Shown piece by piece: positions 10,803-22,781 of a stretch of DNA of 32,000 bases. Numbering within the stretch: position 1 is the stretch's first letter; each line of letters begins with the position of its first letter. Below the pieces are notes generated by a model. The model was not told where the DNA came from. It saw nothing but the letters and a program-made list of their open reading frames with translations, and ran no database searches. A program made the position numbers and the translations under genes. The DNA comes from Mycoplasmoides genitalium G37 (GTDB lineage: Bacteria; Bacillota_I; Bacilli_A; Mycoplasmatales; Mycoplasmoidaceae), in the NCBI RefSeq assembly GCF_000027325.1, contig NC_000908.2, forward strand, positions 540,001 through 572,000, given 5' to 3'.

Positions 10803-12446
10803 TTATGAGTACTTTTCAATAAATTTGACCAACTTATTTTGTGGTGGATTAGCGAAATATTTATCCATAAACAGATTAGTGTGAATTTGACCAAAAGCAA
10901 TATTAATTAAACCTGCTAAGGCAGCATTTGCAGTTAACAATCAAATAAAAACTTCAATGTTATTTGTTTGAAGTGTTATTGCTTGAAAAATAAAAAGTAA
11001 AGGAATAAATACAAACAATCCGTGTGTTAAAGAGACAATTCAAGAATAAAGCACTCTGTTAGTATTTTGAAAATATTGTTGACTATTAGCGCCTGTGGCT
11101 ACAAAGAAAACTTGTGCTTGCACTATTAATGAAAAGTAATTTGCTAAATCCAAATTTTGATCTGAAACATCAAAAAAACTAGATAAGATCTGTTTTCCAA
11201 AAGCAACTGCTGTTAACAAATAGATTAAACTACCGAACGATATACAGATAATAACTGTATAAATGTTAATTTTTTTAATTTCATCATATTTTTTTTGTCC
11301 AAACTTATATGATGAAACTGTTCTAACTCCTTGTAATAAACCAAAAATAGCTGCTGAAGCTAAATTACTAATAGCAATAGGTCCAGTTAAAAGTGTCAGA
11401 TAAAAAACATCATTTTTATCAGTAGTTGCTTTTGTCAAATTAACCAAAAAACTCTCATAAAATGTAGTAACAATAGAAAGTGATCCATTTCTAAAAAAGG
11501 ATGCCATTCCTATTAATGAAACTACAACTAGTAGATTAAAGTCAATTTTGTTTAATTTAATAGTTTTAAAAGTTAAATAAGTAAGATTTCTTTTGTTTAA
11601 ATAAATTAGATAAATAATATAAGCTAAAAAATTAATTAAGTATCCTAGTATTCCAGCCACAGCTGATCCTATTACTCCTAAAGAAGAATATCTAACTAAT
11701 AAAAAAACTATTAATATGTTAATCAAATTAGCAATAGGCGGAACAATTGCAATAAAAAGTTGTCTTCCCTCTGATTGTGCTAAATAAAAAAACAACCTTG
11801 AAAGCATAGGAATGATGTTAAGACCAATCAAAATATAAACATATTCAGATGCTACATCAATAGCCTTTTTGTTAAAAAACTGTTGGAAGCTATTAGCTTG
11901 AAAATTTTGTTCAAAACTTGATTGATCAAGATTATAATGCAACCATTCTTTTGCAAAAGATAAAACCAAAAATTGGGTAATTAGTCCAAATACAGTTGTT
12001 GATATTAATCCGGTATTTCAAGCTTCCTGAATTTTATTTTGATCATTTCTACCAATTGCTTTAGAAAAAATAACTCCAGTTCCTAGAGGAATAAAAATAT
12101 TAATGGCGTTTAACAAAACAATCAAAGGTTGACTAATATTTAAAACAGTTTTAATAAATTGTTTAATATTAAGTCCAGAGCTTAAAAAACTATCACTTTT
12201 ATAAAAAGCAGAATTTTTAAATTCATCAATTAAACTCTGATCAGTAAAAATAGAATCAGGATTAAGTTCACTTCTAGGAACAAACTTAATCACCATGATT
12301 TGATCTATAAATACATAAGCAGCACTAAAAAGTGCAAAGAAAAAAGTTGGAACAGTAAATCTAAGAATAGTTAGAAAAAGCTGTTTTGATTCAAAAACAT
12401 TTTTAATTAGGAGTTGTTTTTCAAAACGATCCCTTTTACTGTTCAC
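10803..12446 (-). CDS. Polytopic membrane protein, MATE/MOP-superfamily-like (547 aa)
   Basis: GTG start; track fragments 11040-11969 and 12018-12446 in one frame, true TAA at 10803-10805; repeated TM segments, GLNIIPMLSRLFFYLAQ, GVIFSKAIGRNDQNKIQ. Confidence 0.8.
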
Positions 12447-12899
12447 TTATTTATTTTTAAAAAGATGGATGTAATCCTTGTATCCTAATTTTTCCATCTC
12501 TTCAAAAGGAATAAATTTTAAAGCTGCAGAATTAATACAATAGCGCAATCCACCTAATTCACTCGGTCCATCATTAAAAACATGTCCCAAGTGGCTATCA
12601 CTGTTTTTAGCACGAACTTCAGTTCTTATCATTCCGTGAGATTCATCACGGTAGTTAGCAATTAAATTTTTATCAATGGGTTTTGAAAAAGCAGGTCAAC
12701 CACAACCAGATTTAAATTTATCAGTTGAAATAAAAAGTGGTTCACCAGATGTTATATCAACATAAATTCCCTTTTCAAAATTGCGGTTATATTCATTAAT
12801 GTAAGGTGGCTCAGTGTGAGCATTTTGCGTTACATCAAACTGGAGTTTGGTTAAAGTACGTTTTAGCTCAGCTTCACTCTTTTTTTGGTATTTACTCAT
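12447..12899 (-). CDS. msrB: Peptide methionine-R-sulfoxide reductase
   Basis: KFKSGCGWPAFSKPI...[19 protein letters not shown]...[22 protein letters not shown]; catalytic Cys in RYCINSAAL present. Two track fragments joined through TGA Trp. Confidence 0.96.
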
Positions 12900-13297
12900 T
12901 TGGAATGTTGTTTATTTAAATATACATCAATAAATGGTTTTCCTACTTTGATCTTAGGATTAATCTCAATTATACCCTCATTTTTCTGTTTTAAATTAAG
13001 TTCTTTTTCAGAACATAACATGCCAACTGAATCAAAACCAGCTATTTTAGTTTTTTTGATAACTGTACCGCTAGGTAACACTCCACCTACTTGTACTAAA
13101 ACTGTTTTCATACCAACTCTAACATTATTAGCTCCACAAACAATATCCAAGCTTTTTGTCAAACCAGTGTTAACTTTACACCTTTTTAGATGGGTGTTTG
13201 CAATAGGAATAACTGAAACAACTTCACAAACAACAAAAGGAACTTTATTTGCTAATGAAATAAGATCATAACCTAAAAGCTCACTTATTCTTTTCAT
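12896..13297 (-). CDS. YtpR-like protein, tRNA-binding (EMAP/Trbp111-type OB fold) domain
   Basis: [81 protein letters not shown]. Confidence 0.88.
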   Translation of the reverse strand: MKRISELLGYDLISLANKVPFVVCEVVSVIPIANTHLKRCKVNTGLTKSLDIVCGANNVRVGMKTVLVQVGGVLPSGTVIKKTKIAGFDSVGMLCSEKELNLKQKNEGIIEINPKIKVGKPFIDVYLNKQHSK

Positions 13298-13317
13298 TAT
13301 TTTTAATGAAGGATAGT

Positions 13318-13548
13318 TTAGACCTTCATTAAAGCGGTGTGATAAAAAAACTTCTTAAAACTTTTTTTGATATTAAAAAAGTTAAAACCAGTAATTCTAT
13401 TTGCATCATTAACAAAAAAACTTCAGTCTTTGTCATTTTGTTGGCGTAAAGTTGTTTCACTTCTACTTCCTATGATGCCAAACATACAGTTTTTTAATGT
13501 TTCTTTACGATAAAAGATAGAAACAAAATCTTTAGATATATCAAACAT
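13318..13548 (-). pseudogene. Out-of-frame N-terminal segment of the YtpR-like gene
   Basis: ATG 13546-13548 reads MFDISKDFVSIFYRKETLKNCMFGIIGSRSETTLRQQNDKDWSFFVNDANRITGFNFFNIKKSFKKFFYHTALMKV*; one extra T in the 7-T tract (plus-strand A at 13344-13350) would fuse it to ...[28 protein letters not shown]. Confidence 0.65.
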
Positions 13549-13557
13549 AAAAGTTAG

Positions 13558-14430
13558 TTATTCTGTTTGTATTAAAAAGGCATAACTATTGATACCTGTG
13601 TGTGTACAAATTACAGGTGAAAGCAAGTGCTCACTTACATCAACTGCATTGTTGAGAAGCGTAACAAATTCTTGCTTTATGAGTTGATTTTTATCAGTTT
13701 CAAACATTGTTGTCAACAAAGCCGCTCTTCTGAAATTAACTTCTTTTTTTAATAGCTTTTTTTCTAAAAATTGAACTGCTAACTTATGAGCACTGCTAGC
13801 AGATTGTGCTTTGTTAAAAAACTGCAATTTGCCTGTTTCACCAAGGAAACTAATTAAGAGATGAAATTTAAAGCTTTTGATAATAAATGACTTTAAATTA
13901 GATAATCTTCCTCCAGCTACTAACGGTTTTGTATCAGTTACAAATAAAATTGCACCGCACTTATTACGGAAGTTATAAACAAATTCATCTAAGCCTGCTC
14001 TTGAATACTGGTTGTTTTTAAGTCAAACCTTAATATCACTAATCAATCAAGCTATTAAAACTTCAACTATTCTGCTATCTAAAACATGAAACTTGTCTTC
14101 AAATTCCTTTTCAACAATCTTTCAATTTAAATAGGAGGTTGAGATCTCTTTATCAATAGGGATTCCTATGATAAGATCATAATCATTAATTATGCTCTTA
14201 ACTTTGTCACGAACCTCTTCTTCAGAAGTTTGTGATGTTGAAAACTTAACACCTTTAGGGGCGTTAATCATCTTATCAGTTAAGGTTTTAAGATCAATGT
14301 TAAAACCTGATTTGAATGTTTCTTGGTGTTCAGCAATTGTTTCAATAATATAAAGCGGTAAAACATAGAGATGACTATTTTTATCTTCCTTTAGATTACT
14401 GACAGAATCAACTAAAAAAGCGATCCTCAC
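13558..14430 (-). CDS. DegV family fatty-acid-binding protein (290 aa)
   Basis: GTG start overlapping tuf stop; [57 protein letters not shown]; fragments joined through TGA Trp. Confidence 0.9.
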
Positions 14431-15614
14431 TATTCTAGAACTTCTGTTACAGTGCCTGCCCCTACAGTTCTACCACCTTCACGAATTGAGAACTTACTAC
14501 CTTTTTCACAAGCGATAGGAGCAATTAACTCAACAGTAATAGAAGCATTATCACCAGGTAGAACCATTTCAGTATTTTCAGCTAAAGCAATAGAACCAGT
14601 TACATCAGTGGTACGGAAATAGAATTGAGGACGGTAACCGTTTAAAAAACCAGTGTGTCTACCACCTTCTTCTTTCTTTAAAGCATAGATCTCAGCTTTA
14701 AATTTCTTGTGCGGTTTAATAGAGCCTGGTTTTGCTAAAACTTGACCTCTTTCAACTTCTTTACGTTCAACACCACGTAATAATACCCCAGCATTGTCAC
14801 CAGCCATTGCTGAATCAAGTTCCTTTTTGAACATTTCAATTCCAGTAACAACTGCTTTTCTAATTGGTTTTAAACCAACAATTTCAACTTCTTGACCTAC
14901 TTTGAGTTCACCTCTTTCAACTCTTCCTGTAACAACTGTACCTCTACCAGTAATGGTCATCGTATCTTCAATTGCTAATAAGAAAGGTTTATCTACTTCA
15001 CGTGTAGGAGTTGGAATCCATTCATCAACTGCTTTAATCAAATCATGGATCTTAGCCTCCCACTTTGGATCACCTTCCAATGCTTTTAAAGCTGAGCCAT
15101 AAATAATAGGAGTGTTCTTACCATCAAAACCATAGGAAGTTAACAGATCACGTACTTCTTCAGCAACAAGTTCTTGTACCTCTTCATCACTAGCAATATC
15201 ACACTTGTTTAGAAAAACTACCATTTTAGGAACCCCTACTTGGCGGGCAAGTAAGATGTGCTCGCGGGTTTGGGGCATCACACTATCAGTTGCTGAAACA
15301 ACTAGAATAGCTCCATCCATTTGTGCAGCACCTGTGATCATATTTTTAATGTAGTCAGCATGTCCAGGACAGTCAACATGGGCATAGTGACGTTTGTCAG
15401 AAGAATATTCTACGTGTGCAGAGTTAATTGTGATTCCCCTTGCTTTTTCTTCAGGGGCTTTATCAATTTCATCATAACGCGTTGCAGCTGATTTTCCTTC
15501 CTTTGCTAAAACTGTACAGATAGCAGCTGTTAAAGTGGTTTTACCATGGTCAATGTGACCAATGGTACCAACATTGACATGTGGTTTGGAACGGTCAAAT
15601 TTCTCTCTTGCCAT
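14430..15614 (-). CDS. tuf: Elongation factor Tu
   Basis: Full-length 394 aa: [47 protein letters not shown]. Confidence 0.99.
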   Translation of the reverse strand: MAREKFDRSKPHVNVGTIGHIDHGKTTLTAAICTVLAKEGKSAATRYDEIDKAPEEKARGITINSAHVEYSSDKRHYAHVDCPGHADYIKNMITGAAQMDGAILVVSATDSVMPQTREHILLARQVGVPKMVVFLNKCDIASDEEVQELVAEEVRDLLTSYGFDGKNTPIIYGSALKALEGDPKWEAKIHDLIKAVDEWIPTPTREVDKPFLLAIEDTMTITGRGTVVTGRVERGELKVGQEVEIVGLKPIRKAVVTGIEMFKKELDSAMAGDNAGVLLRGVERKEVERGQVLAKPGSIKPHKKFKAEIYALKKEEGGRHTGFLNGYRPQFYFRTTDVTGSIALAENTEMVLPGDNASITVELIAPIACEKGSKFSIREGGRTVGAGTVTEVLE

Positions 15615-15666
15615 TTGTTTAAATTATGTTGTTAATTTTAAATAAGTTTAAGATAAGCTGGAGATA

Positions 15667-16452
15667 ATGCTTATAATCTTCAAGGACTTAAATTTAGTGA
15701 AAACAAACAATTGCCAAATTATTGGCTGATGAAAACAACTTTCCTTACCACAAAAGACATTCTTAAGTTTCATTCCCTTATTTTTGGTCACTAGTGCTTT
15801 TGTTTTAACTGGAATTGTTGAAAGTCTTTTAACATTTGGAACTATTATTGAACAAATTGATAAATTCACTGATCAGACTAATGTGATGTTATTAATTTAT
15901 GCAGTTATCTACACTTTTAATCCAAAAAGTTGATTGTTAAAAAACCAACAATTCTTTTTAAGTGCATTAGCTTATATATTATTTACTTTTATTGGCTATA
16001 ACCTAATTTTGTCAATAGCTGGTATAGCTTATAAATCAACAAATCCATATAAGTTAACAAGTAGTATTTTTCTCCATGTAATTGCACCAATAGCATTCTT
16101 CATAGCAAGTTTTATCAAAATAAAACATGAGAAAGATGTCAATATTAACATGTTCTTTAAAAGCCTATTATTATTCATGATCTATCCTTTAATATATGGG
16201 CTTTATTTAGTAACTATTCCATATGTAAGGCATTATCTTTTTAATGGTAGGCCATCTACTTATACCATTTATGGCAGCATTACAAATACTAAAAATAATC
16301 CTTTTGCTTGATTAGTTGTATTTGCAGTTTTATTTATCTATTTCCCCTTGAGTTACTTAGCTATATATCTATTACAACTTAAGTTAATAAAAAAAGCCAT
16401 ACAACCGCAATTTAATTTGCCTTTTACATTAAATAAATGAAAACAAAAATAA
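15667..16452 (+). CDS. Polytopic membrane protein of unknown function (261 aa)
   Basis: ATG at 15667; MLIIFKDLNLVKTNNCQIIGWWKQLSLPQKTFLSFIPLFLVTSAFVLTGIVESLLTFG...; several hydrophobic segments; ends ...FTLNKWKQK* (TAA 16450-16452). Confidence 0.75.
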
Positions 16453-17315
16453 GAAAAGCAGTTATTCCTGCTGCTGGGTTGGGTGTTAGGTTACTACCAG
16501 CAACAAAAGCAATTCCCAAAGAGATGTTACCATTGGTAAATAAACCTACTATCCAATACATAGTAGAGGAAGCAGTTAAAAGTGGCATTGAACAGATTCT
16601 TGTCATTGTTTCATCCAAAAAAACAGCTATATTAGATCATTTTGATTATGATCTGATCTTAGAAAATGCCTTAATTCAAAAAAATAAATTGCAGGAGCAT
16701 AAAGAGATTGAAGATATTGCTAATTTAGCACATATCTTTTTTGTTAGACAAAAAAATCAAGATGGTTTGGGAGATGCAATCTTGTTTGCTGAATCTTTTG
16801 TTGGTAATGAAGACTTTGCAGTATTGTTAGGTGATGATGTTGTTTTTAGTAAAGAACCTGCTTTAAAACAATGCTTGGAAGCTTATTATGAAACTAATTG
16901 TCAAACAATCGGTGTACAAGAAGTAGATCCTTGTCATGTTGATAAGTATGGAATTATCACCCCTGAAGGTGATTACAAAAATAAAGATCTTATTAAGGTT
17001 TTAGCAATGACTGAAAAACCTAAACCAAAAGATGCTAAAAGTAATTTAGCAATCTTAGGGCGATATGTACTCAAACCATCTATTTTCAAAGCACTTAGAA
17101 GTGTACCTTATGGAGTTGGTGGTGAGTTGCAACTAACTGATGGTTTAAATTTTTGTTTGAAAAATGAAAACTTTTATGCAAGAAAGTTTACTGGTACTAG
17201 GTTTGATGTTGGCACAAAGAGTGGTTTTATTAAAGCAAATTTATTTACTGCTTTAAACAATAAAGATATTAGTAAAAAAGAAGTTTTAGAACTTTTAAAT
17301 TTAGTTAAAGCTTAA
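16437..17315 (+). CDS. galU: UTP--glucose-1-phosphate uridylyltransferase
   Basis: IRKAVIPAAGLGVRLLPATKAIPKEMLPLVNKPTIQYIVEEAV, GLGDAILFAESFVG, GVGGELQLTDGL. Confidence 0.97.
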   Translation: MKTKIRKAVIPAAGLGVRLLPATKAIPKEMLPLVNKPTIQYIVEEAVKSGIEQILVIVSSKKTAILDHFDYDLILENALIQKNKLQEHKEIEDIANLAHIFFVRQKNQDGLGDAILFAESFVGNEDFAVLLGDDVVFSKEPALKQCLEAYYETNCQTIGVQEVDPCHVDKYGIITPEGDYKNKDLIKVLAMTEKPKPKDAKSNLAILGRYVLKPSIFKALRSVPYGVGGELQLTDGLNFCLKNENFYARKFTGTRFDVGTKSGFIKANLFTALNNKDISKKEVLELLNLVKA

Positions 17316-17727
17316 TACCATTTAAAGTTAAACCAAGGAAGTTTTCATTTCTAATCAATCGACTAAAAGGACACATTTCATGGGCTTTTTGAATTAGTTT
17401 TTTACCAACTTCTTGGTCATTACTATTAGTAGTTAATTCAACACCAGCCTTAATGTGAAATAGTCCATTTTCTTGATGGAGTTCTACTTTAACACTTACA
17501 ACTGGTTTTTTTGAAAAACTAAATTGATGTTGTTGCATAACAACAATTACTGCTTGAGAAAAACAACTTGCATAAGCAGATGCAAATAACTGCTCAGGAT
17601 TATTTTCTGTTTGAACTGATAAATCAGGTTTGGGAAAACTAAGTTTTGTTTGAAAACCATCTAAAGTTTTAACACTACCTTCTCTGCCAGTTTCAGTTTG
17701 TGCAACAGTTTTATAAATCAATGCCAT
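17305..17727 (-). CDS. OsmC/Ohr family peroxidase (140 aa)
   Basis: MALIYKTVAQTETGREGSVKTLDG...NPEQLFASAYASCFSQAVIVVMQQH...KAHEMCPFSRLIRNENFLGLTLNG; both reactive Cys motifs present. Start at 17727 preferred over the longer track ORF. Confidence 0.92.
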   Translation of the reverse strand: MALIYKTVAQTETGREGSVKTLDGFQTKLSFPKPDLSVQTENNPEQLFASAYASCFSQAVIVVMQQHQFSFSKKPVVSVKVELHQENGLFHIKAGVELTTNSNDQEVGKKLIQKAHEMCPFSRLIRNENFLGLTLNGIKL

Positions 17728-17758
17728 GTTAATTAATATAGATAATATTTTAGTAAAA

Positions 17759-18949
17759 ATGTTAAATAACATATTGCAATTTCTCAAAGAAAGAGAACTT
17801 TATTCACAAGCTAATTTTGAAACAGAACTAGATAACCATTTAAAAGAGAAAAAAAATAACTTTTATGTTGGTTTTGATCCAACTGCTAATTCTTTACATA
17901 TTGGCAATTATGTTTTAATTCACATTGCAAAATTATTAAAAGACATGGGGCATACTCCGCACATAGTTCTAGGGAGTGCAACTGCTTTAATTGGTGATCC
18001 TACTGGCAGAATTGAATTAAGGAAAATTTTAGAAGAAAAAGAAATTGTAAAAAACACCAAAACAATTAAAAAACAAATCAAACAGTTTTTAGGTGATGTA
18101 ATTATTCATGAAAACAAAGTTTGATTAGAAAAACTTAATTACATTGAAGTTATCCGTGAATTAGGTGCTTTTTTTTCAGTTAACAAGATGTTAAGCACAG
18201 ACGCATTTAGTGCTAGGTGAGAAAAAGGACTAACTCTAATGGAATTAAACTATATGATCTTACAAGCATATGACTTTTATTATCTACATAAAAACCATAA
18301 TGTCACTTTACAAATAGGTGGAAGTGATCAGTGGGCTAATATTTTGGCTGGTGCTAACTTAATTAAAAGAAAAAATAATGCTAGTGTTTTTGGATTAACT
18401 GCTAATTTATTAGTTAAAGCTAACGGAGAAAAAATGGGTAAAACTAGTAGCGGAGCATTATGACTTGATGAAAATAAAACTAGTGTTTTTGATTTTTATC
18501 AATACTGGATTAACCTTGATGATCAAAGCTTAAAAAAGACTTTTTTAATGCTAACAATGCTTGATAAAAAAGTAATAGATGAATTGTGTAATTTAAAAGG
18601 CCCAAAAATTAAACAAACCAAGCAAATGCTAGCCTTTTTAATTACTGAATTAATCCATGGCACTAAAAAAGCAAAAGAAGCACAACAACGATCTGAACTA
18701 ATATTTAGTAATCAACCAGATCTTGATATTAAGTTAGTAAAAACAAGCACTAATCTAATTGATTATTTAGTTGAAACTAAATTTATTAAAAGTAAATCAG
18801 AAGCAAGAAGATTAATTAGTCAAAAAGGTTTGACAATTAACAATAAACACGTTTTAGACTTAAACCAAATAATTGAATGAAAAGAAGAGTTACAAATTAT
18901 TAGAAAAGGTAAAAAAAGTTTTTTAACAATTAAAACTGTTAATTCTTAG
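17759..18949 (+). CDS. tyrS: Tyrosyl-tRNA synthetase
   Basis: FDPTANSLHIGNYV (HIGH), QIGGSDQWANI, KMGKTSSGALWLDENKTS (KMSKS-like), C-terminal S4-like domain; track fragments joined via TGA Trp. Confidence 0.96.
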
Positions 18950-19943
18950 CTAATTTATCTTTAACTTCTTTTTCTATTTCAGTTTCAACACTTTTTTGAC
19001 TAGAGCTTTTACTTTCTGGTTTTTTGATTAATTTGTTATGAAGTAAATCAACAACTTTCTGCATTGAATTTAATGTTTTGAAATCATAGCTTGCTTGGAG
19101 TTTAATGTTTGTAACTAGATCATCAAATGCTTCATTCACTTTTAGTTTAGTATCCATAAAGGTTGTAGGCACACTCATAAACAAGTAAGTATGAACTGTG
19201 TCATTATAGACATTAAATTTGGCATATACATTCAAAGGATTAAAAAGCACTTTATTTAATACCTCTGTATCTAAATTCTGAAAAGAAAAATTTGAATCTT
19301 TTTCAACAAAAAGTGAGATGTTTTCTTGCTTTTTGTTTTCAGTAAGTGCTTCAAACTGAGCCACATTCTTATTTAAAGAATAGTTAGCATCAGTTAAAAA
19401 GAAATGATTTTCACTATTAATTGCTGGTGTAATAGCAATCAAGCAAGCTACTTTTTCTGTTTTATTACTGCTTCTTTTAATTGCATAAATATGACCAAAA
19501 ACAAATTCACTACCATCTTTATAAGTAACTTTAAATTGTCTTGGAAGTGGTTCAAAATTGTAAAGAGCAGTTGGATAAAAACTTGGTAATATATCGCTGC
19601 TTATAGGACCTTGTTCAAAAAATTCAAATGATTCTATTGCCTTGAAATTACCCATCTCTTTTTGTCATAAATTAGTTCTGTTTTCTTTGTTAACTTTTTT
19701 TAATAGCTTGTTTCTTTTAAAAAGAGCAGCAAAATGGATAACAAATGCTAAAAACAAAACAACACTACCTAAAACAATTAAAAAAAGTGATGCTATATTT
19801 GGTATTTCATTACGTGTATAACTATAAATACCAAATGAGATAGCAATAACACTAAAAAGACCACAAAGTCCAATTACTCTTAGAAAAGCATTGAGTTTAT
19901 TTGGTGTCAAAAAGAACTTGTTAAATTTAGTTAGATCTGACAT
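18939..19943 (-). CDS. Hypothetical protein with two N-terminal TM segments (334 aa)
   Basis: Track ORFs 18939-19655 and 19665-19943 are in the same frame separated by TGA Trp (TNLWQKEMGNF). Confidence 0.85.
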
Positions 19944-20512
19944 ATTTGTATAAAAGATTGTATGAAAATATAAACCAAAGCAAGCTCAACAGTTGTTTTA
20001 TTACAAGATCTTTTTCCTAAAAACTGCAAGTTGCCAAACTTAGCACGCATCTTTATTAAACGAAGATAGAGCTCATCAAATTTTATATCAAGTATTTTGT
20101 ATCTTTTGTTTGTTTTGGAAATAAAAGTGCAAAAGTACTTTAGAAAATAAAAAATCAGATCCCAAATTCGTTTTTGTCCTAAACTAATAGTTTTGTTTTT
20201 TAGTAATACTTCAGTTTGCTTTAAAACATTTTTAAAAGTAATAACAAGATCATCATTACTGTCATTTAAATAAGTTTGTATGTTTTCAATTCAAATCAAA
20301 ATGTAGTGATATTCACTGTCAAACAATTGGGGATTATTTTTAATTACTGTAAAAAAATCAGTAATTGTTTTACTTTGATCATTTAGTACTTTAAAACAAT
20401 TCCAAGCTTCATTACCATAACCAACTTCTATTGCATTTAATTCTTGCTTAAATGATAGTAAGTTAACCAAGAAGTTATCAATAAAATCAACAACACTAAC
20501 TGTTTGTTTCAC
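19931..20512 (-). CDS. Hypothetical protein (193 aa)
   Basis: GTG start at 20510-20512; frame reads through one TGA Trp (ILIWIENIQTYL) to TAA at 19931-19933: [30 protein letters not shown]...LAREVYIFIQ-like basic tail ending SFIQICQI. Track shows only the first 73 aa. Confidence 0.65.
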
Positions 20513-22604
20513 TTTCTGGTTTTACTTCAGATTTATTTAGTTTTTGCTTTGCTTGTTGTTCTTGCTTTTGCAATAAGATTTCTGGTGGTAGTTTAGTGTT
20601 TTTATGGATGAAGTCAATATCACTTTTCAAAATAGTTTCAGCAATTAAAAGTGCTTCTACAAGCAATTCTAGTTCCTTACGGTTACTCTTAATGATTGTT
20701 TTTGCTTTCTTATACTGTTCTTCAATAATGAAATTAATCTCATTGTCAATATCTTTAGCAGTTTGTTCTGAATAAAGTTTTACATTAGAAGGGAGTGTCC
20801 CTTGACTTGGTACATATTGCACTTGACCTAATTTAGACATCCCAAGCTGGGTTACCATTGCTCTTGCAATATTAGTTGCTTTATAAAAATCGCTAGAAGC
20901 GCCAGTAGTAATTTCTAAATTACCATAGATTTCCTCTTCAGCAGCTCTACCGCCCATAGCAGTTGCTATCATTGCAAGTAAATCAGATTTTCTTTTTAGG
21001 TTAAGATCACCACTCTTAGGTGTTGAAAGTGTGTAACCCCCTGCTTGACCACGAGGAATAATGGTAATCTTTTGTACTTCATCATTACTGTGGACATGTA
21101 AACCAACCAAGGCATGACCAGCCTCATGATAAGCAACTAGTTTTCTATCTTCATCACTAATTACACGTGACTTTTTAGCAGGACCAGCTATTACTCTATC
21201 AATTGCTTCATCAATGTCATTAATGTTAATTGTGGTACGGTTGTCTCTAACTGCTAACAATGTAGCTTCATTGATAACATTTTCTAATTGAGCACCTGAA
21301 AACCCAGGAGTTCTCTTAGCAACATCTAAAAGACTTATCTTAGAAGAGAGATTTTTATTTTCAGCATGAACTTTTAAAATCCCTTCCCTTTCTTTAATAT
21401 CAGGGAGATTGATTTGAATATGTCTATCAAATCTTCCAGGTCTTAATAATGCATCATCTAATACATCTAACCTATTTGTAGCTGCCATTACAACAACACC
21501 TGTTCTGCTTGTAAATCCATCCATTTCAGCTAACAATTGGTTTAAGGTTTGCTCAACAACAGAATAAGAAGAGAGTTCAACTCTACCCCGTTTAGAACCA
21601 ACTGAATCAATTTCATCAATAAAAATAATACAAGGAGCAGCCTTTTTAGCTTTATTGAAAAGATCTCTAACTCGTTTAGCACCAACACCAACAAGCATAT
21701 CTTCAAATCCAGAACCCGTTGATTGAAAGAAAGGAACACCAGCTTCACCAGCTACTGCTTTAGCTAATAATGTTTTACCTGTCCCAGGTGGACCGTATAA
21801 AATTACCCCACGTGGGGATCTTGCTCCCATCTGGGCATATTTCAATGGATTTTTTAAATAATCAACTATCTCAAGCAACTCATGCTTTTCCTCTTGAAGT
21901 CCAGCAATATTGGTAAATTTCACAGTTGACTTAGCCAACTTAGCTTGGGTTTTGCCAATAGAAAAAATATTATCTTCTTCTCTGCCCCCTGCAGATATAC
22001 CCCTAGCACTTCTTCAAAAGAGTAAAAAGAAAACTACAAAGATAATAATTGGTAGCAAGCCAAACAAACCATTTAATACATCTCTAGCTCTAGTATCAGG
22101 AGCAATGAAAGTACCAAGGGTTTCAAAACCTGCAATACTCTTTGTGTTATTACTAGAACCACCATTCATCATGGTTCCATTACTATTAACGGTAATCTGA
22201 CCATTACTTTGGTTAATTGATAAGTTAGCAATATTAAAGATAACATTGCCATTACTATTAACAGTTTTGTGAGCAGTAACAGTTAATGGACTATTTAAAC
22301 CATCAAAGGTAATGGAAACTTGGAGAATGGTATCAGTAACATAAGTTGAACCATTTATTTGTTTAAATGTCAGTTCATTACTAAAACCGCTTACTTTTGC
22401 TGTTAAAGTGCTGTTACTACCTCCATTTAATTTTCAGCTTTCAACTACTGCAGTAGCAGCTCTTGGACTGAAAATATAAGCTAAAACACCAATAACAACA
22501 GCTAAAATGATGACTCATCAAAAGACTTTTCAAGCAGTTTTACGTGAAAAATTATTTTTTTCAGTAGTTGTTTGTTCTACTAAACCCTTATTTCTTTTTT
22601 TCAT
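20496..22604 (-). CDS. ftsH: ATP-dependent zinc metalloprotease FtsH (702 aa)
   Basis: [39 protein letters not shown]...; [42 protein letters not shown]. Confidence 0.98.
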
Positions 22605-22763
22605 CTATGTTAGTTTTTGACCGATTTGGGTTTTTTTGGTTTGAACTACATTAACTGTAATTATACTGCCAATGGTAATGAAACTAATAAGTGTTAATAA
22701 AGTGACGAAAATTATCTTTTTATGTTTACTTAAAAGTGCAATAAAAGCCTTGAACCAACGCAT
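22605..22763 (-). CDS. Small predicted single-pass membrane protein (52 aa)
   Basis: ATG 22761-22763: MRWFKAFIALLSKHKKIIFVTLLTLISFITIGSIITVNVVQTKKTQIGQKLT*; stop TAG 22605-22607 immediately precedes the ftsH ATG; sits in the hpt-ftsH gap on the same strand. Confidence 0.55.
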   Translation of the reverse strand: MRWFKAFIALLSKHKKIIFVTLLTLISFITIGSIITVNVVQTKKTQIGQKLT

Positions 22764-22781
22764 AAAATTTTAATATCTGTT

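Noticed and set aside
15648-15869. Minus-strand ORFs 15648-15869 and 16424-16618
   Set aside because: Antisense to the membrane protein and galU, which are better supported.
17728-17787. 20-aa N-terminal extension of the OsmC-like ORF (MRNCNMLFNIFTKILSILIN...)
   Set aside because: The OsmC fold is complete from MALIYKTVAQT at 17727; the extension overlaps the tyrS start and looks like read-back into the divergent spacer.
21542-21748. Leu-rich 68-aa minus-strand ORF in an alternate frame of ftsH
   Set aside because: Frame-shifted reading of the conserved FtsH AAA domain; composition is an artefact of overlapping frame.
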